The notes: generated from the letters alone by a model not told the origin. Counted from the stretch's first letter, positions 54,705 through 63,605 are shown. The stretch is 64,000 nucleotides of DNA from Clostridia bacterium (GCA_017451915.1 JAFTNJ010000002.1:7357-71356), one strand, 5' to 3'. Numbers and translations: made by a program.

Positions 54705-55316
54705 ATCGAAAAAAACGTAATTGTAGTAGATGAGCAAGGAAACGAGTATGAAGCGACCTACCCAAAGAGGGCAAAGGGGCTTGTTAAATCAGGCAGGGCA
54801 CGCTTTGTAGATGAAAATAAAATATGCCTTGCGTGTCCGCCAAATCATAATTTGGAGGATCAAACCATGGAAGAACATAACCATACTACCGCTACCGATG
54901 TAGAACAAAACGATCAGCCCACAGTGGCGTACATTTTAGGACAGATCGAAAAGATTTTTGACGATAATAGGCATATTCAAGAGGCACTTGCGAAGCTTGG
55001 GAACGTCAAATCGGAAGGTCCCGGAGACCTCGGCGCACAAGCCAAGGCACAGGGAATTGCGGACGTAGTCAAGTGTCACGAGACCACCAATCAACAGCTC
55101 TTGAGCTTTTACAAAAAGATTTATGATGATCTTACGGATCAAGGAAAGAAGCGTAGAGCAGAAAGGGTTGATCTGGTGAAATCGGTTCAGCTTTCGATGC
55201 TTGATACGATGAGAATGGCGTTGTATCAACATGAAGATGACCTGCTTGCCTGCGCGAACAGGGTGCAGGGCCGTCTTGACGCGCTCTGCACGGATATTCT
55301 TTGTGATAAAATTTAA
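54705..55316 (+). CDS. hypothetical protein; start uncertain (first canonical start is TTG 54852, but the frame is open and coding-like from 54684)
   Basis: The in-frame upstream peptide is IEKNVIVVDEQGNEYEATYPKRAKGLVKSGRARFVDENKICLACPP. AAGGGGGAAG (54689-98) lies 6 nt before ATC 54705. The stop at 55316 is firm. Confidence 0.4.
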   Translation: MEKNVIVVDEQGNEYEATYPKRAKGLVKSGRARFVDENKICLACPPNHNLEDQTMEEHNHTTATDVEQNDQPTVAYILGQIEKIFDDNRHIQEALAKLGNVKSEGPGDLGAQAKAQGIADVVKCHETTNQQLLSFYKKIYDDLTDQGKKRRAERVDLVKSVQLSMLDTMRMALYQHEDDLLACANRVQGRLDALCTDILCDKI

Positions 55317-55333
55317 AATCCAACGCGATTTTT

Positions 55334-55362
55334 CCCGAGGATGAAAATCCTCGGGCTTTTTT
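55334..55362 (+). terminator. intrinsic terminator
   Basis: CCCGAGGAT / ATCCTCGGG stem with loop GAAA, then CTTTTTT. Confidence 0.85.
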
Positions 55363-55380
55363 GTCTCTATATGCTTGCAA

Positions 55381-55468
55381 TATGCGCATAATATGCGCAT
55401 AAATATAGCAGAAATTGTAAAAATGTTGTGTATAACATATTGACAAGCATGGAAGACTATGGTATAAT
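55381..55468 (+). promoter_or_regulatory. tandem 10-bp palindromes upstream of a consensus promoter
   Basis: TATGCGCATA at 55381-90 and 55392-401, an 11-bp register. TTGACA 55440-45, 17 nt, TATAAT 55463-68. Confidence 0.6.
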
Positions 55469-55491
55469 AGGGAGGAAAGGAGCGTGATGTT

Positions 55492-55692
55492 ATGGCAAAG
55501 GTTTCCACCAACGTCAGTATCGATGCCGACGTGAAAACCAAGGCGCAGGAGCTGCTGGCGGATCTGGGACTCGATCTCTCCACGGCAATCAATATCTTCT
55601 TGCGTCAAATGGTGCGTGAGAATGCCATTCCCTTTACGGTGGGACGCGACACGGCGGAGCATCACGGCTCTGCCAAACCATCCAAGGAATAA
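55492..55692 (+). CDS. RelB/DinJ-family antitoxin-like protein (66 aa) with no adjacent toxin gene
   Basis: Ribbon-helix-helix N-terminus VSIDADVKTKAQELLADLGLDLSTAINIFLRQMV is typical of DinJ/RelB. Confidence 0.75.
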   Translation: MAKVSTNVSIDADVKTKAQELLADLGLDLSTAINIFLRQMVRENAIPFTVGRDTAEHHGSAKPSKE

Positions 55693-55731
55693 TCCCTATT
55701 TTGAAAAATTGAGAAACAGGAGGAGGCAACG

Positions 55732-56688
55732 GTGACGAATCAGCAAGTGCTCCTTGCCGTTGTTGGACCTACGGCGAGTGGAAAAACGGCGTTGTCCGTG
55801 GCTCTGGCCAAGGAATTGGGCGGGGAAGTCATTTCCTGCGATTCCATGCAGATCTATCGGGGCATGAATATCGGCACCGCCAAGCCCTCGGAGGAGGAGA
55901 CCCTTGGCGTACCCCATCACCTCATCGACGTTGCCGACCCCGAGATCGCCTTTTCCTGCGCCGATTACGTTCCCCTGGCGCAACGCGCGGTAGAGGACAT
56001 CGCGGCGCGGGGCAAGCTCCCCATCGTTTGCGGAGGCACGGGGCTTTATCTGGACAGTCTTTTGCGCGGCGGACTCCCGGAGGAGTCGGCGTCGGACCCC
56101 GCTCTGCGGGAGGAGCTACTGACTTTTGCCGCTACCCACGGTAACCCGGCGTTGCATCAGCGGCTGGAGGCGGTGGATCCCGAGAGCGCGGCCAAAACCC
56201 ACCCCAACAACGTCAAGCGGGTGGCGCGGGCACTGGAGATCTATTACACCACGGGGGTGACCAAGACCGAGTACGATCGGCGGTCCCAAGAGATCAAGTC
56301 TCCCTATGCCCCCCGTGTCATCGGATTGCGTTATCCCGAGCGGGAGATTCTCTACCGCCGCATTGACGCGCGGGTGGAGCAAATGCTGGAGCAGGGGCTG
56401 TTGCAGGAGACCGAGGCCCTTTGGAAGCGAGGCGTGTTTGAGCGCAACGCCACGGCGGCGCAGGCGATTGGATATAAAGAATTGCTGGGCTATTTGCAAG
56501 GAAAGGAATCCCTGGACGCGGCGGTGGAACGCCTCAAGCTGGCCACCCGTCATTATGCCAAGCGGCAAATGACCTGGTTTGGTGCCAAGGATTACGTACA
56601 GTGGTTGGATATGACCCGGGAGGGCGTTCTGCGTCCCTTTGGGGAGATCTTAGAGGAGACTCTGCGGCTGGCAACACGGCGGCAGTAG
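55732..56688 (+). CDS. miaA: tRNA dimethylallyltransferase
   Basis: GTG start after AGGAGGAGG. P-loop GPTASGKT, and motifs SCDSMQIYRGMNIGTAKP and HHLID. Confidence 0.9.
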   Translation: MTNQQVLLAVVGPTASGKTALSVALAKELGGEVISCDSMQIYRGMNIGTAKPSEEETLGVPHHLIDVADPEIAFSCADYVPLAQRAVEDIAARGKLPIVCGGTGLYLDSLLRGGLPEESASDPALREELLTFAATHGNPALHQRLEAVDPESAAKTHPNNVKRVARALEIYYTTGVTKTEYDRRSQEIKSPYAPRVIGLRYPEREILYRRIDARVEQMLEQGLLQETEALWKRGVFERNATAAQAIGYKELLGYLQGKESLDAAVERLKLATRHYAKRQMTWFGAKDYVQWLDMTREGVLRPFGEILEETLRLATRRQ

Positions 56689-56712
56689 TACCGCGCGGGA
56701 AGGGAGGAGGCC

Positions 56713-57954
56713 GTGACACGGCGGGAGTTTTTAAAAAAATATCTCATCAAATTTTCGGCTTTTTTGCTTCTGGCGGGTTTGATCGTTTACACGGTTTATC
56801 ACGTGGCGGGGTCCTCCACCGGCGGACTTCTGACCACCCCGGTACGGCAGATCACCGACGTGCGTCTGGAGAGTGGGCAGGCCTATCTGTTCCGTCAGGA
56901 GCAGGTGCTGTCGGTACCGGCGCAAGGAGTGGTCAATGCCACCGAGTCCAACGGAAATAAAGTGGAAAAGAACGCGATCCTGGCCCAGGTGTGGGACGGC
57001 TATGCTCCGGAGGAGCGTGCCGAAGCACAGGCTCGGTTGGATCGCCTGAATCGCGCCCTGGGTGTGCTGACGGCAAGTCGGCTTCCCGCGGGAACGCCCT
57101 TGAGCATGGCCGACAAATATAAAACCGAGGCGGCGGCACTGTATCTGCAAATGCAACAAACCATTGCCAAAGGGGATTGGAGTGCTCTCGGTGCTATTTC
57201 GGACGAAATGCTGGTGCGCCTGAACCAATACGGACTTCTGACAGGAAAGACCCAGGGCATGGAGGACATGATCACCGCCTTGACCCGGGAGCGGGACGCC
57301 CTGCTGCTTGGGAATTGTACCACGGTGCAGAACACCCTATCCTCGGGATATTTCTATGACCGTACTTACGTGGACGGCTATGAATCCCTCTTTACTGCCG
57401 AGGCTCTGGAGGGGCTGACCGAGGAATCCCTGGAGCACTTGAAGCAGGCAGCCCCCACCATACAGGAAACGGCCACTACCGTGGGAAAAATGGTTTACGG
57501 CTACACCTGGTACCTGGCGGTGGAGCTGGATTGCTCGGCGTCGTGGTTTGAGAACGAGCAGCTGTATCGTTTGCAATTTCCCACCGCGGACGGTGCCGCG
57601 CTGACCATGACCTGTCAGCGGCTGATTCCCAAAACCAACGGTGGATGCATTGCGGTCTTTCGCTCCGACGAGCTGCCCACCTGGTTCTCCTATCGGCGCA
57701 GTCAGGCGGTGGAGGTGGTTATGGGCAGTACCGAGGGCTACTACGTTCCTGCCGCGGCATTGATAACGCGGGAGGGAGAACGGGGCGTTTATATTTTTCG
57801 TGACAGCACCGTTTATTTCCGCCGCATCGAGATCCTCTACGAGGGGGACGGTTACTGCATGGTAGCCGAAAACGGTGGACGGGACGGCTACTTGGATCTG
57901 TACGATATTATGATTACGTACGGAACGAATCTATACGACGGGAAGGTGTACTGA
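56713..57954 (+). CDS. membrane-anchored protein with HlyD/membrane-fusion-like architecture
   Basis: GTG start after GGGAGGAGG. N-terminal TM helix, then beta/coiled-coil/beta organisation. The family call is tentative. Confidence 0.4.
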   Translation: MTRREFLKKYLIKFSAFLLLAGLIVYTVYHVAGSSTGGLLTTPVRQITDVRLESGQAYLFRQEQVLSVPAQGVVNATESNGNKVEKNAILAQVWDGYAPEERAEAQARLDRLNRALGVLTASRLPAGTPLSMADKYKTEAAALYLQMQQTIAKGDWSALGAISDEMLVRLNQYGLLTGKTQGMEDMITALTRERDALLLGNCTTVQNTLSSGYFYDRTYVDGYESLFTAEALEGLTEESLEHLKQAAPTIQETATTVGKMVYGYTWYLAVELDCSASWFENEQLYRLQFPTADGAALTMTCQRLIPKTNGGCIAVFRSDELPTWFSYRRSQAVEVVMGSTEGYYVPAAALITREGERGVYIFRDSTVYFRRIEILYEGDGYCMVAENGGRDGYLDLYDIMITYGTNLYDGKVY

Positions 57955-58658
57955 TGCAGGATCTATCATACATGGATCGGAATTTGGCCGAGATCCGGGA
58001 GCGGATCCGGGGGGCTTTGGAGCGTAGCGGCCGGGAGCAGGTTACCCTGGTGGCGGCCATTAAATATACCGATGCCGAGCACGTCAATTATCTGCACCGC
58101 GTCCTCGGTATCCGCGACGTGGGGGAGAATCGGGTCCAGCAGCTGCTGGAGCGATGGGACGCCCTGGATCGGGAGGATCTGCGGATCCATTTCATCGGCA
58201 AGCTACAGCGAAACAAGGTCAAATATATCATCGACAAGGTCTGCATGATCCACTCTCTGGATTCGGTGGGGCTTGCCGAGGAGATCGAAAAGCAGGCGGC
58301 AAAGCACGGCTTGATTATGGACGTGCTGGTGGAGATCAACAGCGGCTGTGAGGAGAACAAAAGCGGTCTGTTGCCGCAGGACGTGGCCGTGTTCTGTCAA
58401 GGGTTGGCCGCCTATCCGCACCTGCGTTTGCGCGGATTTATGACCATGGCGCCAAAATGCGACAAAAAAGAGGAGTATCAAAAATATTTTCAAAAAACTT
58501 CTCGGCAATGTCTTGACATTTGGCAAAAAACACTTCATAATATAGGTAGACCCTTACTTTCTATGGGAATGTCCGATAGCTTTGAGGCCGCCATTGAGGA
58601 GGGGGCCGATCTGATCCGCGTCGGCAACGCCCTGTTTGCCCGACGGGAGTCGGATTGA
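57954..58658 (+). CDS. YggS/YlmE-family pyridoxal-phosphate homeostasis protein
   Basis: PLP lysine in VAAIKY, HFIGKLQRNK, and C-terminal SMGMSDSFEAAIEEGADLIRVG. Confidence 0.85.
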   Translation: MQDLSYMDRNLAEIRERIRGALERSGREQVTLVAAIKYTDAEHVNYLHRVLGIRDVGENRVQQLLERWDALDREDLRIHFIGKLQRNKVKYIIDKVCMIHSLDSVGLAEEIEKQAAKHGLIMDVLVEINSGCEENKSGLLPQDVAVFCQGLAAYPHLRLRGFMTMAPKCDKKEEYQKYFQKTSRQCLDIWQKTLHNIGRPLLSMGMSDSFEAAIEEGADLIRVGNALFARRESD

Positions 58659-58713
58659 GCATCGTTTTAAATTTTTGGAAAATATATTGAGGAAAAAAGA
58701 GGAGGAACACAAA

Positions 58714-59226
58714 ATGAATGTGCTGAAGAGATTTATTCGCAATGACCCCGCAGACGTAGAAGAGGATTACGAGGATATTTATGTGATTCCCGACGATCTG
58801 AAAATGGAGATGCCCGGTGAGGATGCCGAGGCGCAGATCTCCGCTTTGAATAGCCCCGCACGCAAGGATCCCGAGATCCATCCCGTTTCCGCCGACAAGG
58901 TATCTCTCAAGCTCCTGCAGCCCAAGAGCCACACCGAGGCTACCAAGATCGCGGATAAGCTGAAGGAAGGCTGCATCGTCCTGCTGGACATCGCCAACCT
59001 GACCAAGGAGCAGGCCCGCCGCCTGGTGGACTTCCTGGCCGGCGTTGCCTATGTATTGGGTGGCGAAATGATCAAGACCAATAAAAATACCATCGTTGTT
59101 TCTCCCGCCGGGGTGGACATTTCCGGCTTTGCCCAGGAGGAGCCCGCCGAGGCCCCCGCAAAGGACGAGAGCGTAGAAGAGGAATATGAGGAAGTGTACG
59201 ACACGGCTGTGGCAGAGGAGGTTTAA
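58714..59226 (+). CDS. sepF: cell division protein SepF
   Basis: ORF trimmed to ATG 58714 after GAGGAGG. Conserved core includes LLQPKSHTEATKIADKLKEGCIVLLDI. Confidence 0.85.
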   Translation: MNVLKRFIRNDPADVEEDYEDIYVIPDDLKMEMPGEDAEAQISALNSPARKDPEIHPVSADKVSLKLLQPKSHTEATKIADKLKEGCIVLLDIANLTKEQARRLVDFLAGVAYVLGGEMIKTNKNTIVVSPAGVDISGFAQEEPAEAPAKDESVEEEYEEVYDTAVAEEV

Positions 59227-59321
59227 TCTCTCTTGCCGCGCAACAGGGGCTGTCTCCAATCGTTGATTTGGGACAGCCCGTTTTATCCCAATGCTACCCA
59301 TAAGGAGGGGAATCGGTAATT

Positions 59322-59603
59322 ATGGTTGCAGATGCAATCCTTTATTTTATTCAGCAGTTCGTGCTGATCTTTATCGACATCATTGACATTGCACTCCTGG
59401 TGCGCGCGATCCTTGGCTGGTTTGATCCCATGCGGGAGTGGCGCATCTCGGAGATCCTGTATGTGGTCACCGAGCCCATCATTTTGCCCGTGCGTCGCCT
59501 GTGCGAGCGCATGAATTGGTTTCAGGGCGTTCCTCTGGACGTTCCCTTTATGATCACCTGGTTGTTGCTCATGGTGATCCAAATGCTCTTTACCGCCCTA
59601 TGA
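59322..59603 (+). CDS. YggT/YlmG-family membrane protein
   Basis: 93 aa with two TM helices and typical motif ILGWF...PILLPVRR. Confidence 0.8.
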   Translation: MVADAILYFIQQFVLIFIDIIDIALLVRAILGWFDPMREWRISEILYVVTEPIILPVRRLCERMNWFQGVPLDVPFMITWLLLMVIQMLFTAL

Positions 59604-60427
59604 GCGGCGGGAGCGAATCGGTTGGCCGTCCTCTTTTGCAGGCGCGGCTGGAGGACGCGGTGGCGGGATGTGAAAAGGGAATGGTCATGGCGTTGTCCTT
59701 TCTTACCCCTCTGGAGCGGCGACGCGCCGAGATCTTGCTTCGGCAACGGGGGGCATGGGAGCAGGCCTGGTTTTGGGGCGGCTACGAGGACGCCGAGCGG
59801 GCAACCCTCTTTCTGTTGCCCGATTATCTGCTGACCTGCCTGAGCGGTCCTCTGCATCAATGCCGGGCGGAGGAGCTTTGCGCTCTGCTGGAGGAGTGGA
59901 TCTCCGAGGAGGTCTGCGCCCTGCGGATCACGGGGAGCAAATTCCGCACCCTGACCCATCGGGATTATCTTGGTGCTATTTTGCATCTTGGTTTGGAACG
60001 GGATGCCTTGGGGGACATTGCGGTGCAGAATGACCATGCGGCCATTTTGTTCTGTACGCCCACGGTGGCAACCTTTTTGACCGAGCATCTGCAAAAGGCG
60101 GCCAACGATGCCGTGCGGTGCTCCCGTTGTGTTTTGGATGAGAGCTTTACCGATGGAAGAAGCTACCGTCCCATCAGCGACACCGTGGCGTCGGCGCGTC
60201 TGGATTGCGTGGTGGCGGCCCTGATCAACGCCTCCCGGGAGGCGGCACAAACGGCGATTCGCGCAGGACGGGTCGAGGTGGAATACGAGGTGGTGGAGCG
60301 CACCGATCTTGTGCTCACGCCGCCAACGGTGCTCTCCATTCGAGGACACGGACGCTACATTCTGCGCGCCTTTGACGGAACCACCGCCAAAGGACGTCTG
60401 CGCCTGCGCGCCGATCAGTTGATCTGA
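59600..60427 (+). CDS. YlmH-like RNA-binding (S4 domain) protein
   Basis: ORF 59438..60427 trimmed to ATG 59600, which overlaps the yggT stop. FLTPLE N-terminal motif and a C-terminal S4-like domain (ARLDCVVAALINASREAAQTAIRAGRVEV). Confidence 0.75.
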   Translation: MSGGSESVGRPLLQARLEDAVAGCEKGMVMALSFLTPLERRRAEILLRQRGAWEQAWFWGGYEDAERATLFLLPDYLLTCLSGPLHQCRAEELCALLEEWISEEVCALRITGSKFRTLTHRDYLGAILHLGLERDALGDIAVQNDHAAILFCTPTVATFLTEHLQKAANDAVRCSRCVLDESFTDGRSYRPISDTVASARLDCVVAALINASREAAQTAIRAGRVEVEYEVVERTDLVLTPPTVLSIRGHGRYILRAFDGTTAKGRLRLRADQLI

Positions 60428-60443
60428 TCAGGATATAAAAAAT

Positions 60444-60480
60444 CGGAGCTTCCGAACGGTTTGCGGAAGCTCCGGTTTTC
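60444..60480 (+). terminator. intrinsic terminator
   Basis: CGGAGCTTCCG / CGGAAGCTCCG stem followed by GTTTTC. Confidence 0.7.
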
Positions 60481-60546
60481 TATTACTCTCATTGGAATAC
60501 CAATCGGCAAAGAAAACAACATCTCTGCCGAATTTCGTTTGTGTGT

Positions 60547-60609
60547 CCGTAGGGGCGTTCTTTGAACGCCCGCGGGCGAACCGCCGCTTGCGGCTTTCGC
60601 CCCTACCGG
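60547..60609 (+). repeat. GTAGGGGCG...CGCCCCTAC multi-hairpin element
   Basis: 9-bp outer arms (60549-57 / 60598-606) enclose GGCGTTC-TTT-GAACGCC, GGCG-AAC-CGCC and GCCGC-TT-GCGGC. Confidence 0.6.
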
Positions 60610-60705
60610 GTTATCTGTGATCATCCTTGCGAGAAGCCACGTAACGGCGTGTGTTCTACTTATAGGTTGATATAAAACCCTTTTGAAAGTTTTTAGGAAG
60701 GGGTG

Positions 60706-60739
60706 TGGGGGAACCTTTTTTGTAAAAAAGGTTCCCCCA
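60706..60739. terminator. bidirectional terminator (serves the minus-strand hexuronate genes)
   Basis: TGGGGGAACCTTTTTT / AAAAAAGGTTCCCCCA near-perfect palindrome. Confidence 0.75.
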
Positions 60740-60758
60740 CATTCTCTTTTTTATTCCA

Positions 60759-61589
60759 TTAAACTCCGCTATACGCCGCGAAGCCGCCGTCCACGGGTAC
60801 GACCACGCCGGTAACGAAGCCGCTGGAGGCATCGTCTGCCAGCCAGAGAAGGGTACCGATCAGATCACTGACCTCACCAAAGCGCTTTTGGGGAGTGGCG
60901 TTCAGGATCTTATTGGTTCTCGCGGTGGGCTGTCCGTCCTCGGTAAAGAGGAGGGCACGGTTCTGGTTGGTGACAAAGAAGCCGGGAGCAATGGCGTTCA
61001 CGCGGATGCCGCAGGGGGCAAAGTGAACGGCCAGCCACTGGGTAAAGTTGGAGATGCCTGCCTTGGCCGCGCTGTAGGCGGGGATCTTGGTCAGGGGACG
61101 GAAGGCGTTCATGGAGGAAATGTTGATGATGTTTCCTCCGGTCTTGACCATGTCCTTGGCAAAGACCTGGGTTACCAGGAAGGCCGAGGTGATGTTCAGG
61201 TCAAAGACGAACTTCAGTCCGCTCTCCTCCAGATCAAAGAAGGTTTTCAGGCCCTCGGTGTCGGGGGTCATGATCTCGTTGTCGCAGGTGGCGCGGGGAT
61301 TGTTTCCGCCGGCACCGTTGATCAGGAAGTTGACCGGGCCAAAGGTGGCGGTGATCTTTTCGTAGGCCGCTTCAATGCTGGCCTTGTCCAGGCAGTTGGT
61401 GGGAACGGCCAGAGCGTTCTCTCCAATGCTTGCGGCAACGGCTTCTGCCGCCTCGGCGTTGATGTCCAGGAGCGCTACCTTGGCGCCGCATTCTGCCAGG
61501 GCGCGGGCAAATTCGCTCATCAGGATGCCGCCGGCACCGGTTACCACGGCAACCTTGCCGCTCAGGTCAATTTTGTAGGGTAATTTCAT
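60759..61589 (-). CDS. SDR-family oxidoreductase, YjmF/UxuB-like (probable D-mannonate oxidoreductase)
   Basis: Motifs TGAGGILM, NGAGGN and YSAAK. Operonic with uxuA. Confidence 0.6.
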   Translation of the reverse strand: MKLPYKIDLSGKVAVVTGAGGILMSEFARALAECGAKVALLDINAEAAEAVAASIGENALAVPTNCLDKASIEAAYEKITATFGPVNFLINGAGGNNPRATCDNEIMTPDTEGLKTFFDLEESGLKFVFDLNITSAFLVTQVFAKDMVKTGGNIINISSMNAFRPLTKIPAYSAAKAGISNFTQWLAVHFAPCGIRVNAIAPGFFVTNQNRALLFTEDGQPTARTNKILNATPQKRFGEVSDLIGTLLWLADDASSGFVTGVVVPVDGGFAAYSGV

Positions 61590-62527
61590 TTTCGTTCCTC
61601 CGTAGTAGATTCGTTGAAGAATTGAATGATATAGGGCTCGTCCTCCCGGAAGCCGATCTCACAGCGGGAGAGGATCCAGGTCTTGCCCCCGTCGGGGCTT
61701 CCTTGATAAAAGAGATAGATTTTTCCGTCCGCGTCTTCAAAGACATAGGGGTGTCCCGACTCGGACGCGTTCCAGTCGCCTTCCTTTCCACAGGGGAGGA
61801 AGGGGGCCTCCAAAGGCTTTTCAAAATGCACGCCGTCCTCGGATACCGCGTAGCCGATCTGCTGGGGCGTGCAGTTGTAGGAGCCGCCGTAGAACATATA
61901 GATTTTGTTGTTATGAACCAACGTTGCCGCGGCTTCAATACAAGCACCTTCCCAAGGTTGCTCGGGGGTCAAAACAGAAGCGTTGACGGCTTGCGTCCAT
62001 TGCGTGCGGGAGTAATCCGAATACAGAGGCGCATAGGCACATCCCTGCATCTGGATCTTAAAATCCTTGTCGCGGGTGGCAAAATAGAGGAACAGCTTGT
62101 CCCCAAAGGCCACCACGTCGGCGTCAATGGCTCGCCCGCAGCACCAGTCGGTGGAGGGAGAGAAGATGGGATTGGTGGGATCCTTTTGGAAGTGGATACC
62201 GTCGGTGGAGGTGGCGTGGCAGATGGCGTCTTTCTCTTTGTTTCCGTAGGTTTGGTAAAAGAGATGAACTACGCCGTTTTCCAGGTATGCCCCGGGGGCA
62301 CCGATGCCTTTTTTCTCGCATTCCTGCTCCAAGGGGAGGAAGCCGAAGAACTCCCAGCGTTCCATATCCTTTGATGTGGCAATGCCAACGGTCAGGCGTT
62401 TTTTGGAGTCGGGCGTCTCTCCCGGGATCCAGGAGCTGAAATAAAGAAAATAGGTGTTGCCAAGACGGACCACGGCGGGATCCTTGGTAAAGCTTTCGTA
62501 GATGCCGTGATGGTCGGAAAAACGCAT
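61586..62527 (-). CDS. five-bladed beta-propeller glycoside-hydrolase-like protein (GH43/GH130-like)
   Basis: Repeated blade motifs (KDPAVV...YFLYF, APGAY...HLFY, IDADVV...LFLYFA, IEAAA...IYMFY, SGHPYVF...IYLFYQG). The family could not be resolved by eye. Confidence 0.4.
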   Translation of the reverse strand: MRFSDHHGIYESFTKDPAVVRLGNTYFLYFSSWIPGETPDSKKRLTVGIATSKDMERWEFFGFLPLEQECEKKGIGAPGAYLENGVVHLFYQTYGNKEKDAICHATSTDGIHFQKDPTNPIFSPSTDWCCGRAIDADVVAFGDKLFLYFATRDKDFKIQMQGCAYAPLYSDYSRTQWTQAVNASVLTPEQPWEGACIEAAATLVHNNKIYMFYGGSYNCTPQQIGYAVSEDGVHFEKPLEAPFLPCGKEGDWNASESGHPYVFEDADGKIYLFYQGSPDGGKTWILSRCEIGFREDEPYIIQFFNESTTEERK

Positions 62528-62528
62528 T

Positions 62529-63560
62529 TTATCTCATTTTTTCCACAGCCTCAAAGAGACCGTAGAGATAGGTCGCGCCCAGGGCTCTGTCGTACAGTCC
62601 GTAGCCGGGCTTGCCGTCCTCGCCCCAGATGTTGCGTCCGTGGTCGGGACGGACGTAGCCGTCAAAGCCGCTCTCCACAAGGGCTTTCACAATGCCAAAC
62701 ATATCCAGGCTTCCGCTCTCGGTCAGGTGTCCGCTCTCGCAGAAGTCGAGCTCGCCCTCGTGTCTGATCTGACGCAGGTGGGCGAAGTAGGAACGGGGAG
62801 CCAGAAGACGCGCCATGGCTACCATATCGTTGCCGCGTCCCGCGCCCAGGGAGCCGGTGCAAAGGGTGATGCCGTTGTGAGGATTGGGAACGGCCGTAAA
62901 GAGCTTGTTGTAGCTTTCCATGCCCGTGATGATGCGGGGCAGACCGAACATATCCCACGGCGGGTCGTCGGGGTGAATGGCCATATTGATGCCGGTCTCG
63001 TCGCAGGCGGGCATGATTCCGTTCAGGAAATAAACCAAATTGTCAAAGAGGGTGTCGTGGCTCATATCCTTGTAGGAATCCAACAGAGTATTGAGCTCGT
63101 CCGAGGTGTAGCTCTCGTCCCAGCCGGGCAGATGCAGATCGTGGGGATCCAGACGCATCAGCTCGTCGTGGCAGTAGGAAAGGGAGTTGGAGCCGTCGGG
63201 AGCCACGGTGTGCAGATTGGTGCGGAGCCAGTCGAACACGGGCATAAAGTTGTAGCAGATGCACTTGACGCCGACCTTGCCCAGATTGCGAATGGTCTCG
63301 GCGTAGTTGGCAATGAGGCGGTCGCGAGTGGGACGTCCCAGCTTGATGTCCTCGTGGACGGGGACGCTTTCAATAACCTCCATTTCCAGCCCGTTCTGAT
63401 CACAAAGCTCCTTGAGGCGGAGGATGCGATCCATGGGCCAGACCTCTCCTACGGGGATGTCGTAAACGGCGGTAACCACGCCGCTCATGCCGGGGATCTG
63501 ACGAATGTAGGAAAGGGGAATGCTGTCGCCCTCTCCGTACCAGCGAAACGTCATTTTCAT
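62529..63560 (-). CDS. uxuA: mannonate dehydratase
   Basis: N-terminus MKMTFRWYG plus typical UxuA motifs (NFMPVFDW, HPDDPP). Confidence 0.85.
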   Translation of the reverse strand: MKMTFRWYGEGDSIPLSYIRQIPGMSGVVTAVYDIPVGEVWPMDRILRLKELCDQNGLEMEVIESVPVHEDIKLGRPTRDRLIANYAETIRNLGKVGVKCICYNFMPVFDWLRTNLHTVAPDGSNSLSYCHDELMRLDPHDLHLPGWDESYTSDELNTLLDSYKDMSHDTLFDNLVYFLNGIMPACDETGINMAIHPDDPPWDMFGLPRIITGMESYNKLFTAVPNPHNGITLCTGSLGAGRGNDMVAMARLLAPRSYFAHLRQIRHEGELDFCESGHLTESGSLDMFGIVKALVESGFDGYVRPDHGRNIWGEDGKPGYGLYDRALGATYLYGLFEAVEKMR

Positions 63561-63605
63561 AAGCGCGAATCCTTTCTTTATTTTTTTATTTCATTCGATG
63601 GGAAA

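Noticed and set aside
54631-54725. Tandem preQ1-I riboswitches, suggested by a short hairpin plus an A-rich tail right after queA.
   Set aside because: The loops (GGACGGCA, GAAGACA) are shorter than the preQ1-I loop. I could not find the loop-tail pseudoknot (P2) complementarity or the conserved C before the 3' stem strand. The downstream gene is not a queuosine gene. This would need cmscan to exclude formally.
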